NCBI RefSeq assembly: GCF_009914755.1
Contig: NC_060948.1
From: the human T2T-CHM13v2.0 reference genome, Homo sapiens
Length of the DNA stretch: 64,000 bases
Strand: one strand, 5' to 3'
Part shown: positions 24,977-39,212 of the stretch, piece by piece
How the letters are laid out: each line of letters starts with the position of its first letter
Numbering within the stretch: position 1 is the first letter of the stretch
Program-made: the position numbers and the translations under genes
The notes under the pieces: model-generated
What the model was told of the DNA's origin: nothing
Database searches by the model: none
What the model saw: only the letters and a program-made list of their open reading frames with translations

Positions 24977-27900
24977 ATGGAGTGTTATGGAACGGACTCA
25001 AAAGGAATTGAATGTAATAGAATGGAGTGGAGTGGACTCGAATATAATGGACTGGAATGGAATGAAATCACATGGAATGGGAACGAATGGAATGGAATGG
25101 AAAGGAATGGAATCGAATGGAAAGGAATCGAATGGAAGGGAATGAAATTGAATCAACAGGAATGGAAGGGAATAGAATAGACGGTAATGGAATGGACTCG
25201 AATAGAATGGACACGAATGCTCAAATTGAATGGACTCGAATGGAATGGAAACGAAAGGAATGTCATCGAATGGAATTGAATCGATTGGAATGAAATCGCA
25301 TAGAATGGAGTGGAATCAAATGGAATTGAATCGAAAGGAAAGGAAGCGAATGGACTGAAATGAAATGGAATGGAATTGAATGGAAAGTAATGCAATGGAA
25401 TAGAATGGAACGAAATTTCACGGAATGGAATCAAACTGAATGGAATCAAATCAATGGAATCAAATCAAATGGAATGGAAAGGAATTGAATGGAGTAGATT
25501 GGATTGGATGGGATTGGAATGAAATGTACTGGAAAGGACTCGAATTTCATGAAACGGAATGGAATGAATTGGAACGGAATGGACTCGAATGGAATGGAAT
25601 GTCATGGAATGGCATCAAATGGAATGGCATCAAATGGAATGGAATCGAATGCAATGGAATGCTATGGAATGGAATGGAATGCATTGGAATGGAATGTCCT
25701 CTAATGGAATGGATTCGAGTGGAATGGAATCGAATATAATGGAGTCGAATGAAATGGAATTGAAAGGAATGGGATCGAATACAATGGAATATACTGGAAT
25801 GTAATGTAATGAACTCGAATGTAATTGACTGGAATGGAATGTACATGAATGGAATGTAATCGAATGGAAAGTAATCCAATGGAATAGAATCTAATGCAAT
25901 AAAATCGACTCAGATAGAGTAGAATGTAATGGAATGGAGTGCAGTGCAATGGAATGGAATGGAATGGAATGCAATGGAATGGAATGGAATGGAACGGAAT
26001 GGAATGGAATGGGATGGAATGGTACGGAATGGACAGTAATGGACTGGAATGAAATGGACTGGAAAAGAATGGACTCAAATTGAAAGGGCTCGAAAGGAAT
26101 GGAGTCAAATGGAATAGTCTGGAATGGAATGAACACGAATGTAATGCAATCCAATAGAATGGAATCGAATGGCATGGAATATAAAGAAATGGAATCGAAG
26201 AGAATGGAAACAAATGGAATGGAATTGAATGGAATGGAATTGAATGGAATGGGAACGAATGGAGTGAAATTGTATGCAGTAGAAGAGAATAGAATGGAAT
26301 GCAAGCGAAAGGAAAGGAATGGATTGCAATGGAATGGAATTCATTGGAATGGAAGGGAATGTAGTGTAATGGACAGGCCTGGAATAAAGTGGAATGTTAC
26401 GGTCTCGAATGGAATAAAAATGTATGGAATGGAATGCAATGAAACGGAATCGAATGTCATAGAATGTAATGGAATGCAAAAAAATGGAATCCAAAATCAT
26501 TGACTGGAAAGGCTGGGTGTCGAAAGGAATTGACTCCAATGGAATGGAATCGAATGGAATGGAAGTGAATAGAATCGAACTAAATCGAATGGAATGGAAT
26601 TGATAGGAACGGAATGGAAAGGAATGCAATGATTTGGCATGGAATGCAATCGAATGGCATCGAATGGAATGGAATGGAATGCAATGGAATGGAATGTATT
26701 AGAATGTAATGAACATTAATGGAATGTACTCGAATGGATTCGACTGGAATGGAATGTTCTGGAAGTGAATGGACTCCAATGGAATGGATTCGAAAGGAAT
26801 GGAATCGAACGGAATGGAATCTAATGGAATGGAATTAAATGGAAATGAATCAAATTGAATAGCACGGAATTGAATTGAATGGAATCGAATGCAATGGAAT
26901 CTAATGAAACGGAAAGGAAAGGAATGGAATGGAATGGAATGGGCTGGAATGGAAAGGAATCGAAACGAATGGAATGGAATCGAACTGAAGAGACTGGAAT
27001 GGAATGCACTGGAATGGAAGGGAGTGTAATGGAAGGTTCTCGAAAATAATGGAAGCAAATGGAATGGAATTGAATGGAACGGAATAGAGTCGAATGGAAT
27101 TGAATGGAATGGAATGGACTAGAGTGAAATGGAATCGAACCACAAGGAATGGACAGGAATAGAATGGTCTCGAATTGAATGGAATCGTATGGAATGGCAT
27201 CAAACGGAATGGAATGGACAGCCACGGAATGGAATGCACTCGAATGCAATGGAGTCGAAACTTATGGACTGGAATAGAATGGACTCGACTGGTACGGACT
27301 CCAATGGAATGGAATCGAATGGAAGGGATTCGAACGGAATGGACTCGAAGGGAAAAGACTGCAATGGAAAGGTCTCGAATGGAATGGAAATTAATGGAAT
27401 GGAATGGAATCGAATGAAATGGAGTCAAAAGGAATGGAATCGAATGGCAAGAAATCGAATGTAATGGAATCGGAAGGAATTGATGTGAACGGAACGGAAT
27501 GGAATGGAATCCAAAGGAATGGAATAGAATGGAATGGAATCGAATGGAAAGGACTCGAATGGAAATCACTCGAATGGAATGAAATTTAATAAAATAGGAT
27601 CAAATGTAATTGAATGGAATGGAAAGGAATCGAAACGAAAGGAATGGAGACAGATGGAATGGAATGGAACAGAGAGCAATGGTATAGAATGGAATGGAAT
27701 CATCTGGAATGGAATTGAATGGAATGGAATAATATGAAATGGAATGGAATGGAATGGAATGGAATGCCCTTGAATTAAATGGACTGGAATGGAATGGACT
27801 CGAACAGAGTGGAATGGAAAGTGTTGAGATAGAATGGAATGGACTCTTTTAGAATGGTCTAGTATGCAATGCAATCGACTGGCAGGGAATCAAAAGGAAT

Positions 27901-28535
27901 GTAATCGAATGGATTGGACTGGAATGCAATGGACTCGAATAGATTGGAAACGGAATGCAAAGGAATGGAATGGAATAGTATGGAATGGAATGGAAAGGAA
28001 TGGAGTGGAATAGACTAGAGTGGAATGGAATGGACTGGAAAGCAATGGACTGGAATGGAACTTTCTTGAATGGACTGGAATCAAACGGAATGGAATGCAA
28101 TGCAATCAAATGGCATGGAATAAAATAGAATGAAAGAGAATCAAATGGAATTGAATCGAATGGAATCGAATGGATTGGAAAGGAATAGAATGGAATGGAA
28201 TGGAATTGACTCAAATGGAATGGACTAGAATGGAATGGATTCGAATGGAAGGCAAAGGAATGGAATCTATTGGAATGGACAGTAATGGAATGGAATGGAA
28301 GGGATTGGAATGGACTCGAATGGAATGGACTGCAATAGAAAGGATTCGAATGGAATGAAAAAGAATTGAATGGAATAGAACAGAATGGAATCAAATCGAA
28401 TGAAATGGAATGGAATAGAAAGGAATGGAATGAAATGGAATGGAAAGGATTCGAATGGAATGCAATCGAATGGAATGGAATCGAACGGAATGGAATAAAA
28501 TGGAAGAAAACTGGCAAGAAATGGAATCGAAATGA
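24977..28535 (+). repeat. Higher-order unit 8 (3559 bp)
   Basis: Landmark spacing. Carries the units 7-10 subfamily variants. Confidence 0.92.
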
Positions 28536-31500
28536 ATGGAGTGTTATGGAACGGACTCAAAAGGAATTGAATGTAATAGAATGGAGTGGAGTGGACTCGA
28601 ATATAATGAACTGGAATGGAATGAAATCACATGGAATGGGAACGAATGGAATGGAATGGAAAGGAATGGAATCGAATGGAAAGGAATCGAATGGAAGGGA
28701 ATGAAATTGAATCAACAGGAATGGAAGGGAATAGAATAGACGGTAATGGAATGGACTCGAATAGAATGGACACGAATGCTCAAATTGAATGGACTCGAAT
28801 GGAATGGAAACAAAAGGAATGTCATCGAATGGAATTGAATCGATTGGAATGAAATCGCATAGAATGGAGTGGAATCAAATGGAATTGAATCGAAAGGAAA
28901 GGAAGCGAATGGACTGAAATGAAATGGAATGGAATTGAATGGAAAGTAATGCAATGGAATAGAATGGAACGAAATTTCACGGAATGGAATCAAACTGAAT
29001 GGAATCAAATCAATGGAATCAAATCAAATGGAATGGAAAGGAATTGAATGGAGTAGATTGGATTGGATGGGATTGGAATGAAATATACTGGAAAGGACTC
29101 GAATTTCATGAAACGGAATGGAATGAATTGGAACGGAATGGACTCGAATGGAATGGAATGTCATGGAATGGCATCAAATGGAATGGCATCAAATGGAATG
29201 GAATCGAATGCAATGGAATGCTATGGAATGGAATGGAATGCATTGGAATGGAATGTCCTCTAATGGAATGGATTCGAGTGGAATGGAATCGAATATAATG
29301 GAGTCGAATGAAATGGAATTGAAAGGAATGGGATCGAATACAATGGAATATACTGGAATGTAATGTAATGAACTCGAATGTAATTGACTGGAATGGAATG
29401 TACATGAATGGAATGTAATCGAATGGAAAGTAATCCAATGGAATAGAATCTAATGCAATAAAATCGACTCAGATAGAGTAGAATGTAATGGAATGGAGTG
29501 CAGTGCAATGGAATGGAATGGAATGGAGTGCAATGGAATGGAATGGAATGGAATGGGATGGAATGGTATGGAATGGATAGTAATGGACTGGAATGAAATG
29601 GACTGGAAAAGAATGGACTCAAATTGAAAGGGCTCGAAAGGAATGGAGTCAAATGGAATGGTCTGGAATGGAATGAACACGAATGTAATGCAATCCAATA
29701 GAATGGAATCGAATGGCATGGAATATAAAGAAATGGAATCGAAGAGAATGGAAACAAATGGAATGGAATTGAATGGAATGGAATTGAATGGAATGGGAAC
29801 GAATGGAGTGAAATTGTATGCAGTAGAAGAGAATAGACTGGAATGCAAGCGAAAGGAAAGGAATGGATTGCAATGGAATGGAATTCATTGGAATGGAAGG
29901 GAATGTAGTGTAATGGACAGGCCTGGAATAAAGTGGAATGCTACGGTCTCGAATGGAATAAAAATGTATGGAATGGAATGCAATGAAACGGAATCGAATG
30001 TCATAGAATGTAATGGAATGCAAAAAAATGGAATCCAAAATCATTGACTGGAAAGGCTGGGTGTCGAAAGGAATTGACTCCAATGGAATGGAATCGAATG
30101 GAATGGAAGTGAATAGAATCGAACTAAATCGAATGGAATGGAATTGATAGGAACGGAATGGAAAGGAATGCAATGATTTGGCATGGAATGGAATCGAATG
30201 GCATCGAATGGAATGGAATGGAATGCAATGGAATGGAATGTATTAGAATGTAATGAACATTAATGGAATGTACTCGAATGGATTCGACTGGAATGGAATG
30301 TTCTGGAAGTGAATGGACTCCAATGGAATGGATTCGAAAGGAATGGAATCGAACGGAATGGAATCTAATGGAATGGAATTAAATGGAAATGAATCAAATT
30401 GAATAGCACGGAATTGAATTGAATGGAATGGAATGCAATGGAATCTAATGAAACGGAAAGGAAAGGAATGGAATGGAATGGAATGGGCTGGAATGGAAAG
30501 GAATCGAAACGAATGGAATGGAATCGAACTGAAGAGACTGGAATCGAATGCACTGGAATCGAAGGGAGTGTAATGGAAGGTTCTCGAAAATAATGGAAGC
30601 AAATGGAATGGAATTGAATGGAACGGAATAGAGTCGAATGGAATTGAATGGAATGGAATGGACTAGAGTGAAATGGAATCGAACCACAAGGAATGGACAG
30701 GAATAGAATGGTCTCGAATTGAATGGAATCGTATGGAATGGCATCAATCGGAATGGAATGGACAGCCACGGAATGGAATGCACTCGAATGCAATGGAGTC
30801 GAAACTTATGGACTGGAATAGAATGGACTCGACTGGTACGGACTCCAATAGAATGGAATCGAATGGAAGGGATTCGAACGGAATGGACTCGAAGGGAAAA
30901 GACTGCAATGGAAAGGTCTCGAATGGAATGGAAATTAATGGAATGGAATGGAATCGAATGAAATGGAGTCAAAAGGAATGGAATCGAATGGCAAGAAATC
31001 GAATGTAATGGAATCGCAAGGAATTGATGTGAACGGAACGGAATGGAATGGAATCCAAAGGAATGGAATAGAATGGAATGGAATCGAATGGAAAGGACTC
31101 GAATGGAAATCACTCGAATAGAATGAAATTTAATAAAATAGGATCAAATGTAATTGAATGGAATGGAAAGGAATCGAAACAAAAGGAATGGAGACAGATG
31201 GAATGGAATGGAACAGAGAGCAATGGTATAGAATGGAATGGAATCATCTGGAATGGAATTGAATGGAATGGAATAATATGAAATGTAATGGAATGGAATG
31301 GAATGGAATGCCCTTGAATTAAATGGACTGGAATGGAATGGACTCGAACAGAGTGGAATGGAAAGTGTTGAGATAGAATGGAATGGACTCCTTTGGAATG
31401 GTCTAGTATGCAATGCAATCGACTGGCCGGGAATCAAAAGGAATGTAATCGAATGGATTAGACTGGAATGCAATGGACTCGAATAGATTGGAAACGGAAT

Positions 31501-32079
31501 GCAAAGGAATGGAATGGAATAGTATGGAATGGAATGGAAAGGAATGGAGTGGAATAGACTAGAGTGGAATGGAATGGACTGGAAAGCAATGGACTGGAAT
31601 GGAACTTTCTTGAATGGACTGGAATCAAACGGAATGGAATGCAATGCAATCAAATGGCATGGAATAAAATAGAATGAAAGAGAATCAAATGGAATTGAAT
31701 CGAATGGAATCGAATGGATTGGAAAGGAATAGAATGGAATGGAATGGAATTGACTCAAATGGAATGGACTAGAATGGAATGGATTCGAATGGAAGGCAAA
31801 GGAATGGAATCTATTGGAATGGACTGTAATGGAATGGAATGGAAGGGATTGGAATGGACTCGAATGGAATGGACTGCAATAGAAAGGATTCGAATGGAAT
31901 GAAAAAGAATTGAATGGAATAGAACAGAATGGAATCAAATCGAATGAAATGGAATGGAATAGAAAGGAATGGAATGAAATGGAATGGAAAGGATTCGAAT
32001 GGAATGCAATCGAATGGAATGGAATCGAACGGAATGGAATAAAATGGAAGAAAACTGGCAAGAAATGGAATCGAAATGA
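28536..32079 (+). repeat. Higher-order unit 9 (3544 bp)
   Basis: Shortest unit; its pure GGAAT tract is only 4 copies (29535-29554). Extra GGCC at 31425-31428. Confidence 0.92.
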
Positions 32080-35000
32080 ATGGAGTGTTATGGAACGGAC
32101 TCAAAAGGAATTGAATGTAATAGAATGGAGTGGAGTGGACTCGAATATAATGGACTGGAATGGAATGAAATCACATGGAATGGGAACGAATGGAATGGAA
32201 TGGAAAGGAATGGAATCGAATGGAAAGGAATCGAATGGAAGGGAATGAAATTGAATCAACAGGAATGGAAGGGAATAGAATAGACGGTAATGGAATGGAC
32301 TCGAATAGAATGGACACGAATGCTCAAATTGAATGGACTCGAATGGAATGGAAACGAAAGGAATGTCATCGAATGGAATTGAATCGATTGGAATGAAATC
32401 GCATAGAATGGAGTGGAATCAAATGGAATTGAATCGAAAGGAAAGGAAGCGAATGGACTGAAATGAAATGGAATGGAATTGAATGGAAAGTAATGCAATG
32501 GAATAGAATGGAACGAAATTTCACGGAATGGAATCAAACTGAATGGAATCAAATCAATGGAATCAAATCAAATGGCATGGAAAGGAATTGAATGGAGTAG
32601 ATTGGATTGGATGGGATTGGAATGAAATGTACTGGAAAGGACTCGAATTTCATGAAACGGAATGGAATGAATTGGAACGGAATGGACTCGAATGGAATGG
32701 AATGTCATGGAATGGCATCAAATGGAATGGCATCAAATGGAATGGAATCGAATGCAATGGAATGCTATGGAATGGAATGGAATGCATTGGAATGGAATGT
32801 CCTCTAATGGAATGGATTCGAGTGGAATGGAATCGAATATAATGGAGTCGAATGAAATGGAATTGAAAGGAATGGGATCGAATACAATGGAATATACTGG
32901 AATGTAATGTAATGAACTCGAATGTAATTGACTGGAATGGAATGTACATGAATGGAATGTAATCGAATGGAAAGTAATCCAATGGAATAGAATCTAATGC
33001 AATAAAATCGACTCAGATAGAGTAGAATGTAATGGAATGGAGTGCAGTGCAATGGAATGGAATGGAATGGAATGCAATGGAATGGAATGGAATGGAATGG
33101 AATGGAATGGAATGGGATGGAATGGTATGGAATGGATAGTAATGGACTGGAATGAAATGGACTGGAAAAGAATGGACTCAAATTGAAAGGGCTCGAAAGG
33201 AATGGAGTCAAATGGAATGGTCTGGAATGGAATGAACACGAATGTAATGCAATCCAATAGAATGGAATCGAATGGCAAGGAATATAAAGAAATGGAATCG
33301 AAGAGAATGGAAACAAATGGAATGGAATTGAATGGAATGGAATTGAATGGAATGGGAACGAATGGAGTGAAATTGTATGCAGTAGAAGAGAATAGAATGG
33401 AATGCAAGCGAAAGGAAAGGAATGGATTGCAATGGAATGGAATTCATTGGAATGGAAGGGAATGTAGTGTAATGGACAGGCCTGGAATAAAGTGGAATGC
33501 TACGGTCTCGAATGGAATAAAAATGTATGGAATGGAATGCAATGAAACGGAATCGAATGTCATAGAATGTAATGGAATGCAACAAAATGGAATCCAAAAT
33601 CATTGACTGGAAAGGCTGGGTGTCGAAAGGAATTGACTCCAATGGAATGGAATCGAATGGAATGGAAGTGAATAGAATCGAACTAAATCGAATGGAATGG
33701 AATTGATAGGAACGGAATGGAAAGGAATGCAATGATTTGGCATGGAATGGAATCGAATGGCATCGAATGGAATGGAATGGAATGCAATGGAATGGTATGT
33801 ATTAGAATGTAATGAACATTAATGGAATGTACTCGAATGGATTCGACTGGAATGGAATGTTCTGGAAGTGAATGGACTCCAATGGAATGGATTCGAAAGG
33901 AATGGAATCGAACGGAATGGAATCTAATGGAATGGAATTAAATGGAAATGAATCAAATTGAATAGCACGGGATTGAATTGAATGGAATCGAATGCAATGG
34001 AATCTAATGAAACGGAAAGGAAAGGAATGGAATGGAATGGAATGGGCTGGAATGGAAAGGAATCGAAACGAATGGAATGGAATCGAACTGAAGAGACTGG
34101 AATGGAATGCACTGGAATGGAAGGGAGTGTAATGGAAGGTTCTCGAAAATAATGGAAGCAAATGGAATGGAATTGAATGGAACGGAATAGAGTCGAATGG
34201 AATTGAATGGAATGGAATGGACTAGAGTGAAATGGAATCGAACCACAAGGAATGGACAGGAATAGAATGGTCTCGAATTGAATGGAATCGTATGGAATGG
34301 CATCAAACGGAATGGAATGGACAGCCACGGAATGGAATGCACTCGAATGCAATGGAGTCGAAACTTATGGACTGGAATAGAATGGACTCGACTGGTACGG
34401 ACTCCAATGGAATGGAATCGAATGGAAGGGATTCGGACGGAATGGACTCGAAGGGAAAAGACTGCAATGGAAAGGTCTCGAATGGAATGGAAATTAATGG
34501 AATGGAATGGAATCGAATGAAATGGAGTCAAAAGGAATGGAATCGAATGGCAAGAAATCGAATGTAATGGAATCGCAAGGAATTGATGTGAACGGAACGG
34601 AATGGAATGGAATCCAAAGGAATGGAATAGAATGGAATGGAATCGAATGGAAAGGACTCGAATGGAAATCACTCGAATAGAATGCAATTTAATAAAATAG
34701 GATCAAATGTAATTGAATGGAATGGAAAGGAATCGAAACGAAAGGAATGGAGACAGATGGAATGGAATGGAACAGAGAGCAATGGTATAGAATGGAATGG
34801 AATCATCTGGAATGGAATTGAATGGAATGGAATAATATGAAATGGAATGGAATGGAATGGAATGGAATGCCCTTGAATTAAATGGACTGGAATGGAATGG
34901 ACTCGAACAGAGTGGAATGGAAAGTGTTGAGATAGAATGGAATGGACTCTTTTGGAATGGTCTAGTATGCAATGCAATCGACTGGCAGGGAATCAAAAGG

Positions 35001-35638
35001 AATGAAATCGAATGGATTAGACTGGAATGCAATGGACTCGAATAGATTGGAAACGGAATGCAAAGGAATGGAATGGAATAGTATGGAATGGAATGGAAAG
35101 GAATGGAGTGGAATAGACTAGAGTGGAATGGAATGGACTGGAAAGCAATGGACTGGAATGGAACTTTCTTGAATGGACTGGAATCAAACGGAATGGAATG
35201 CAATGCAATCAAATGGCATGGAATAAAATAGAATGAAAGAGAATCAAATGGAATTGAATCGAATGGAATCGAATGGATTGGAAAGGAATAGAATGGAATG
35301 GAATGGAATTGACTCAAATGGAATGGACTAGAATGGAATGGATTCGAATGGAAGGCAAAGGAATGGAATCTATTGGAATGGACAGTAATGGAATGGAATG
35401 GAAGGGATTGGAATGGACTCGAATGGAATGGACTGCAATAGAAAGGATTCGAATGGAATGAAAAAGAATTGAATGGAATAGAACAGAATGGAATCAAATC
35501 GAATGAAATGGAATGGAATAGAAAGGAATGGAATGAAATGGAATGGAAAGGATTCGAATGGAATGCAATCGAATGGAATGGAATCGAACGGAATGGAATA
35601 AAATGGAAGAAAACTGGCAAGAAATGGAATCGAAATGA
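32080..35638 (+). repeat. Higher-order unit 10 (3559 bp)
   Basis: Landmark spacing. Sister of unit 8. Confidence 0.92.
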
Positions 35639-38600
35639 ATGGAGTGTTATGGAACGGACTCAAAAGGAATTGAATGTAATAGAATGGAGTGGAGTGGACT
35701 CGAATATAATGGACTGGAATGGAATGAAATCACATGGAATGGGAACGAATGGAATGGAATGGAAAGGAATGGAATCGAATGGAAAGGAATCGAATGGAAG
35801 GGAATGAAATTGAATCAACAGGAATGGAAGGGAATAGAATAGACGGTAATGGAATGGACTCGAATAGAATGGACACGAATGCTCAAATTGAATGGACTCG
35901 AATGGAATGGAAACAAAAGGAATGTCATCGAATGGAATTGAATCGATTGGAATGAAATCGCATAGAATGGAGTGGAATCAAATGGAATTGAATCGAAAGG
36001 AAAGGAAGCGAATGGACTGAAATGAAATGGAATGGAATTGAATGGAAAGTAATGCAATGGAATAGAATGGAACGAAATTTCACGGAATGGAATCAAACTG
36101 AATGGAATCAAATCAATGGAATCAAATCAAATGGAATGGAAAGGAATTGAATGGAGTAGATTGGATTGGATGGGATTGGAATGAAATGTACTGGAAAGGA
36201 CTCGAATTTCATGAAACGGAATGGAATGAATTGGAACGGAATGGACTCGAATGGAATGGAATGTCATGGAATGGCATCAAATGGAATGGCATCAAATGGA
36301 ATGGAATCGAATGCAATGGAATGCTATGGAATGGAATGGAATGCATTGGAATGGAATGTCCTCTAATGGAATGGATTCGAGTGGAATGGAATCGAATATA
36401 ATGGAGTCGAATGAAATGGAATTGAAAGGAATGGGATCGAATACAATGGAATATACTGGAATGTAATGTAATGAACTCGAATGTAATTGACTGGAATGGA
36501 ATGTACATGAATGGAAGGTAATCGAATGGAAAGTAATCCAATGGAATAGAATCTAATGCAATAAAACCGACTCAGATAGAGTAGAATGTAATGGAATGGA
36601 GTGCAGTGCAATGGAATGGAATGGAATTGAATGCAATGGAATGGAATGGAATGGAATGGAATGGAATGGAATGGAATGGAAAGGAATGGGATGGAATGGT
36701 ATGGAATGGATAGTAATGGACTGGAGTGAAATGGACTGGAAAGGAATGGACTCAAATTGAAAGGGCTCGAAAGGAATGGAGTCAAATGGAATGGTCTGGA
36801 ATGGAATGAACACGAATGTAATGCAATCCAATAGAATGGAATCGAATGGCATGGAATATAAAGAAATGGATTCGAAGAGAATGGAAACAAATGGAATGGA
36901 ATTGAATGGAATGGAATTGAATGGAATGGGAACGAATGGAGTGAAATTGTATGCAGTAGAAGGGAATAGAAAGGAATGCAAGCGAAAGGAAAGGAATGGA
37001 TTGTAATGGAATGGAATTCATTGGAATGGAAGGGAATGTAGTGTAATGGACAGGCCTGGAATAAAGTGGAATGCTACGGTCTCGAATGGAATAAAAATGT
37101 ATGGAATGGAATGCAATGAAATGGAATCGAATGTCATAGAATGTAATGGAATGCAACAAAATGGAATCCAATATCATTGACTGGAAAGGCTGGGTGTCGA
37201 AAGGAATTGACTCCAATGGAATGGAATCGAATGGAATGGAAGTGAATAGAATCGAACTAAATCGAATGGAATGGAATTGATAGGAACGGAATGGAAAGGA
37301 ATGCAATGATTTGGCATGGAATGGAATCGAATGGCATCGAATGGAATGGAATGGAATGCAATGGAATGGAATATATTAGAATGTAATGAACTTTAATGGA
37401 ATGTACTCGAATGGATTCGACTGGAATGGAATGTTCTGGAAGTGAATGGACTCCAATGGAATGGATTCAAAAGGAATGGAATCGTACGGAATGGAATCTA
37501 ATGGAATGGAATTAAATGGAAATGAATCAAATTGAATAGCACGGAATTGAATTGAATGGAATGGAATGCAATGGAATCTAATGAAACGGAAAGGAAAGGA
37601 ATGGAATGGAATGGAATGGGCTGGAATGGAAAGGAATCGAAACGAATGGAATGGAATCGAACTGAAGAGACTGGAATGGAATGCACTGGAATGGAAGGGA
37701 GTGTAATGGAAGGTTCTCGAAAAAAATGGAATCGAATGGAATGGAATTGAATGGAACGGAATAGAGTCGAATGGAATTGAATGGAATGGAATGGACTAGA
37801 GTGAAATGGAATCGAACCACAAGGAATGGAGAGGAATAGAATGGTCTCGAATTGAATGGAATCGTATGGAATGGCATCAAACGGAATGGAATGGACAGCC
37901 ACGGAATGGAATGCACTCGAATGCAATGGAGTCGAAACTAATGGACTGGAATAGAATGGACTCGACTGGTACGGACTCCAATGGAATGGAATCGAATGGA
38001 AGGGAATCGAACGGAATGGACTCGAAGGGAAAAGACTGCAATGGAAAGGTCTCGAATGGAATGGAAATTAATGGAATGGAATGGAATCGAATGAAATGGA
38101 GTCAAAAGGAATGGAATCGAATGGCAAGAAATCGAATGTAATGGAATCGCAAGGAATTGATGTGAACGGAACGGAATGGAATGGAATCCAAAGGAATGGA
38201 ATAGAATGGAATGGAATCGAATGGAAAGGACTCGAATGGAAATCACTCGAATAGAATGCAATTTAATAAAATAGGATCAAATGTAATGGAATGGAATGGA
38301 AAGGAATCGAAACGAAAGGAATGGAGACAGATGGATTGGAATAGAACAGAGAGCAATGGTATAGAATGGAATGGAATCATCTGGAATGGAATTGAATGGA
38401 ATGGAATAATATGAAATGGAATGGAATGGAATGGAATGGAATGCCCTTGAATTAAATGGACTGGAATGGAATGGACTCGAACAGAGTGGAATGGAAAGTG
38501 TTGAGATAGAATGGAATGGACTCCTTTGGAATGGTCTAGTACGCAATGCAATCGACTGGCAGGGAATCAAAAGGAATGTAATCGAATGGATTGGACTGGA

Positions 38601-39212
38601 ATGCAATGGACTCGAATAGATTGCAAACGGGATGCAAAGGAATGGAATGGAATAGTATGGAATGGAATGGAAAGGAATGGAGTGGAATAGACTAGAGTGG
38701 AATGGAATGGACTGGAAAGCAATGGACTGGAATGGAACTTTCTTGAATGGACTGGAATCAAACGGAATGGAATGCAATGCAATCAAATGGCATGGAATAA
38801 AATAGAATGAAAGAGAATCAAATGGAATTGAATCGAATGGAATCGAATGGATTGGAAAGGAATAGAATGGAATGGAATGGAATGGACTCAAATGGAATGG
38901 ACTAGAATGGAATGGATTCGAATGGAAGGCAAAGGAATGGAATCTATTGGAATGGACTGTAATGGAATGGAATGGAAGGGATTCGAATGGACTCGAATGG
39001 AATGGACTGCAATAGAAAGGGTTCGAATGGAATGAAAAAGAATTGAATGGAATAGAACAGAATGGAATCAAATCGAATGAAATGGAATGGAATAGAAAGG
39101 AATGGAATGAAATGGAATGGAAAGGATTCGAATGGAATGCAATCGAATGGAATGGAATCGAACGGAATGGAATAAAATGGAAGAAAACTGGCAAGAAATG
39201 GAATCGAAATGA
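35639..39212 (+). repeat. Higher-order unit 11 (3574 bp)
   Basis: Landmark spacing. Variants ggaaggtaatcg, aaaaccgactc and ggattcgaagag. Confidence 0.92.
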
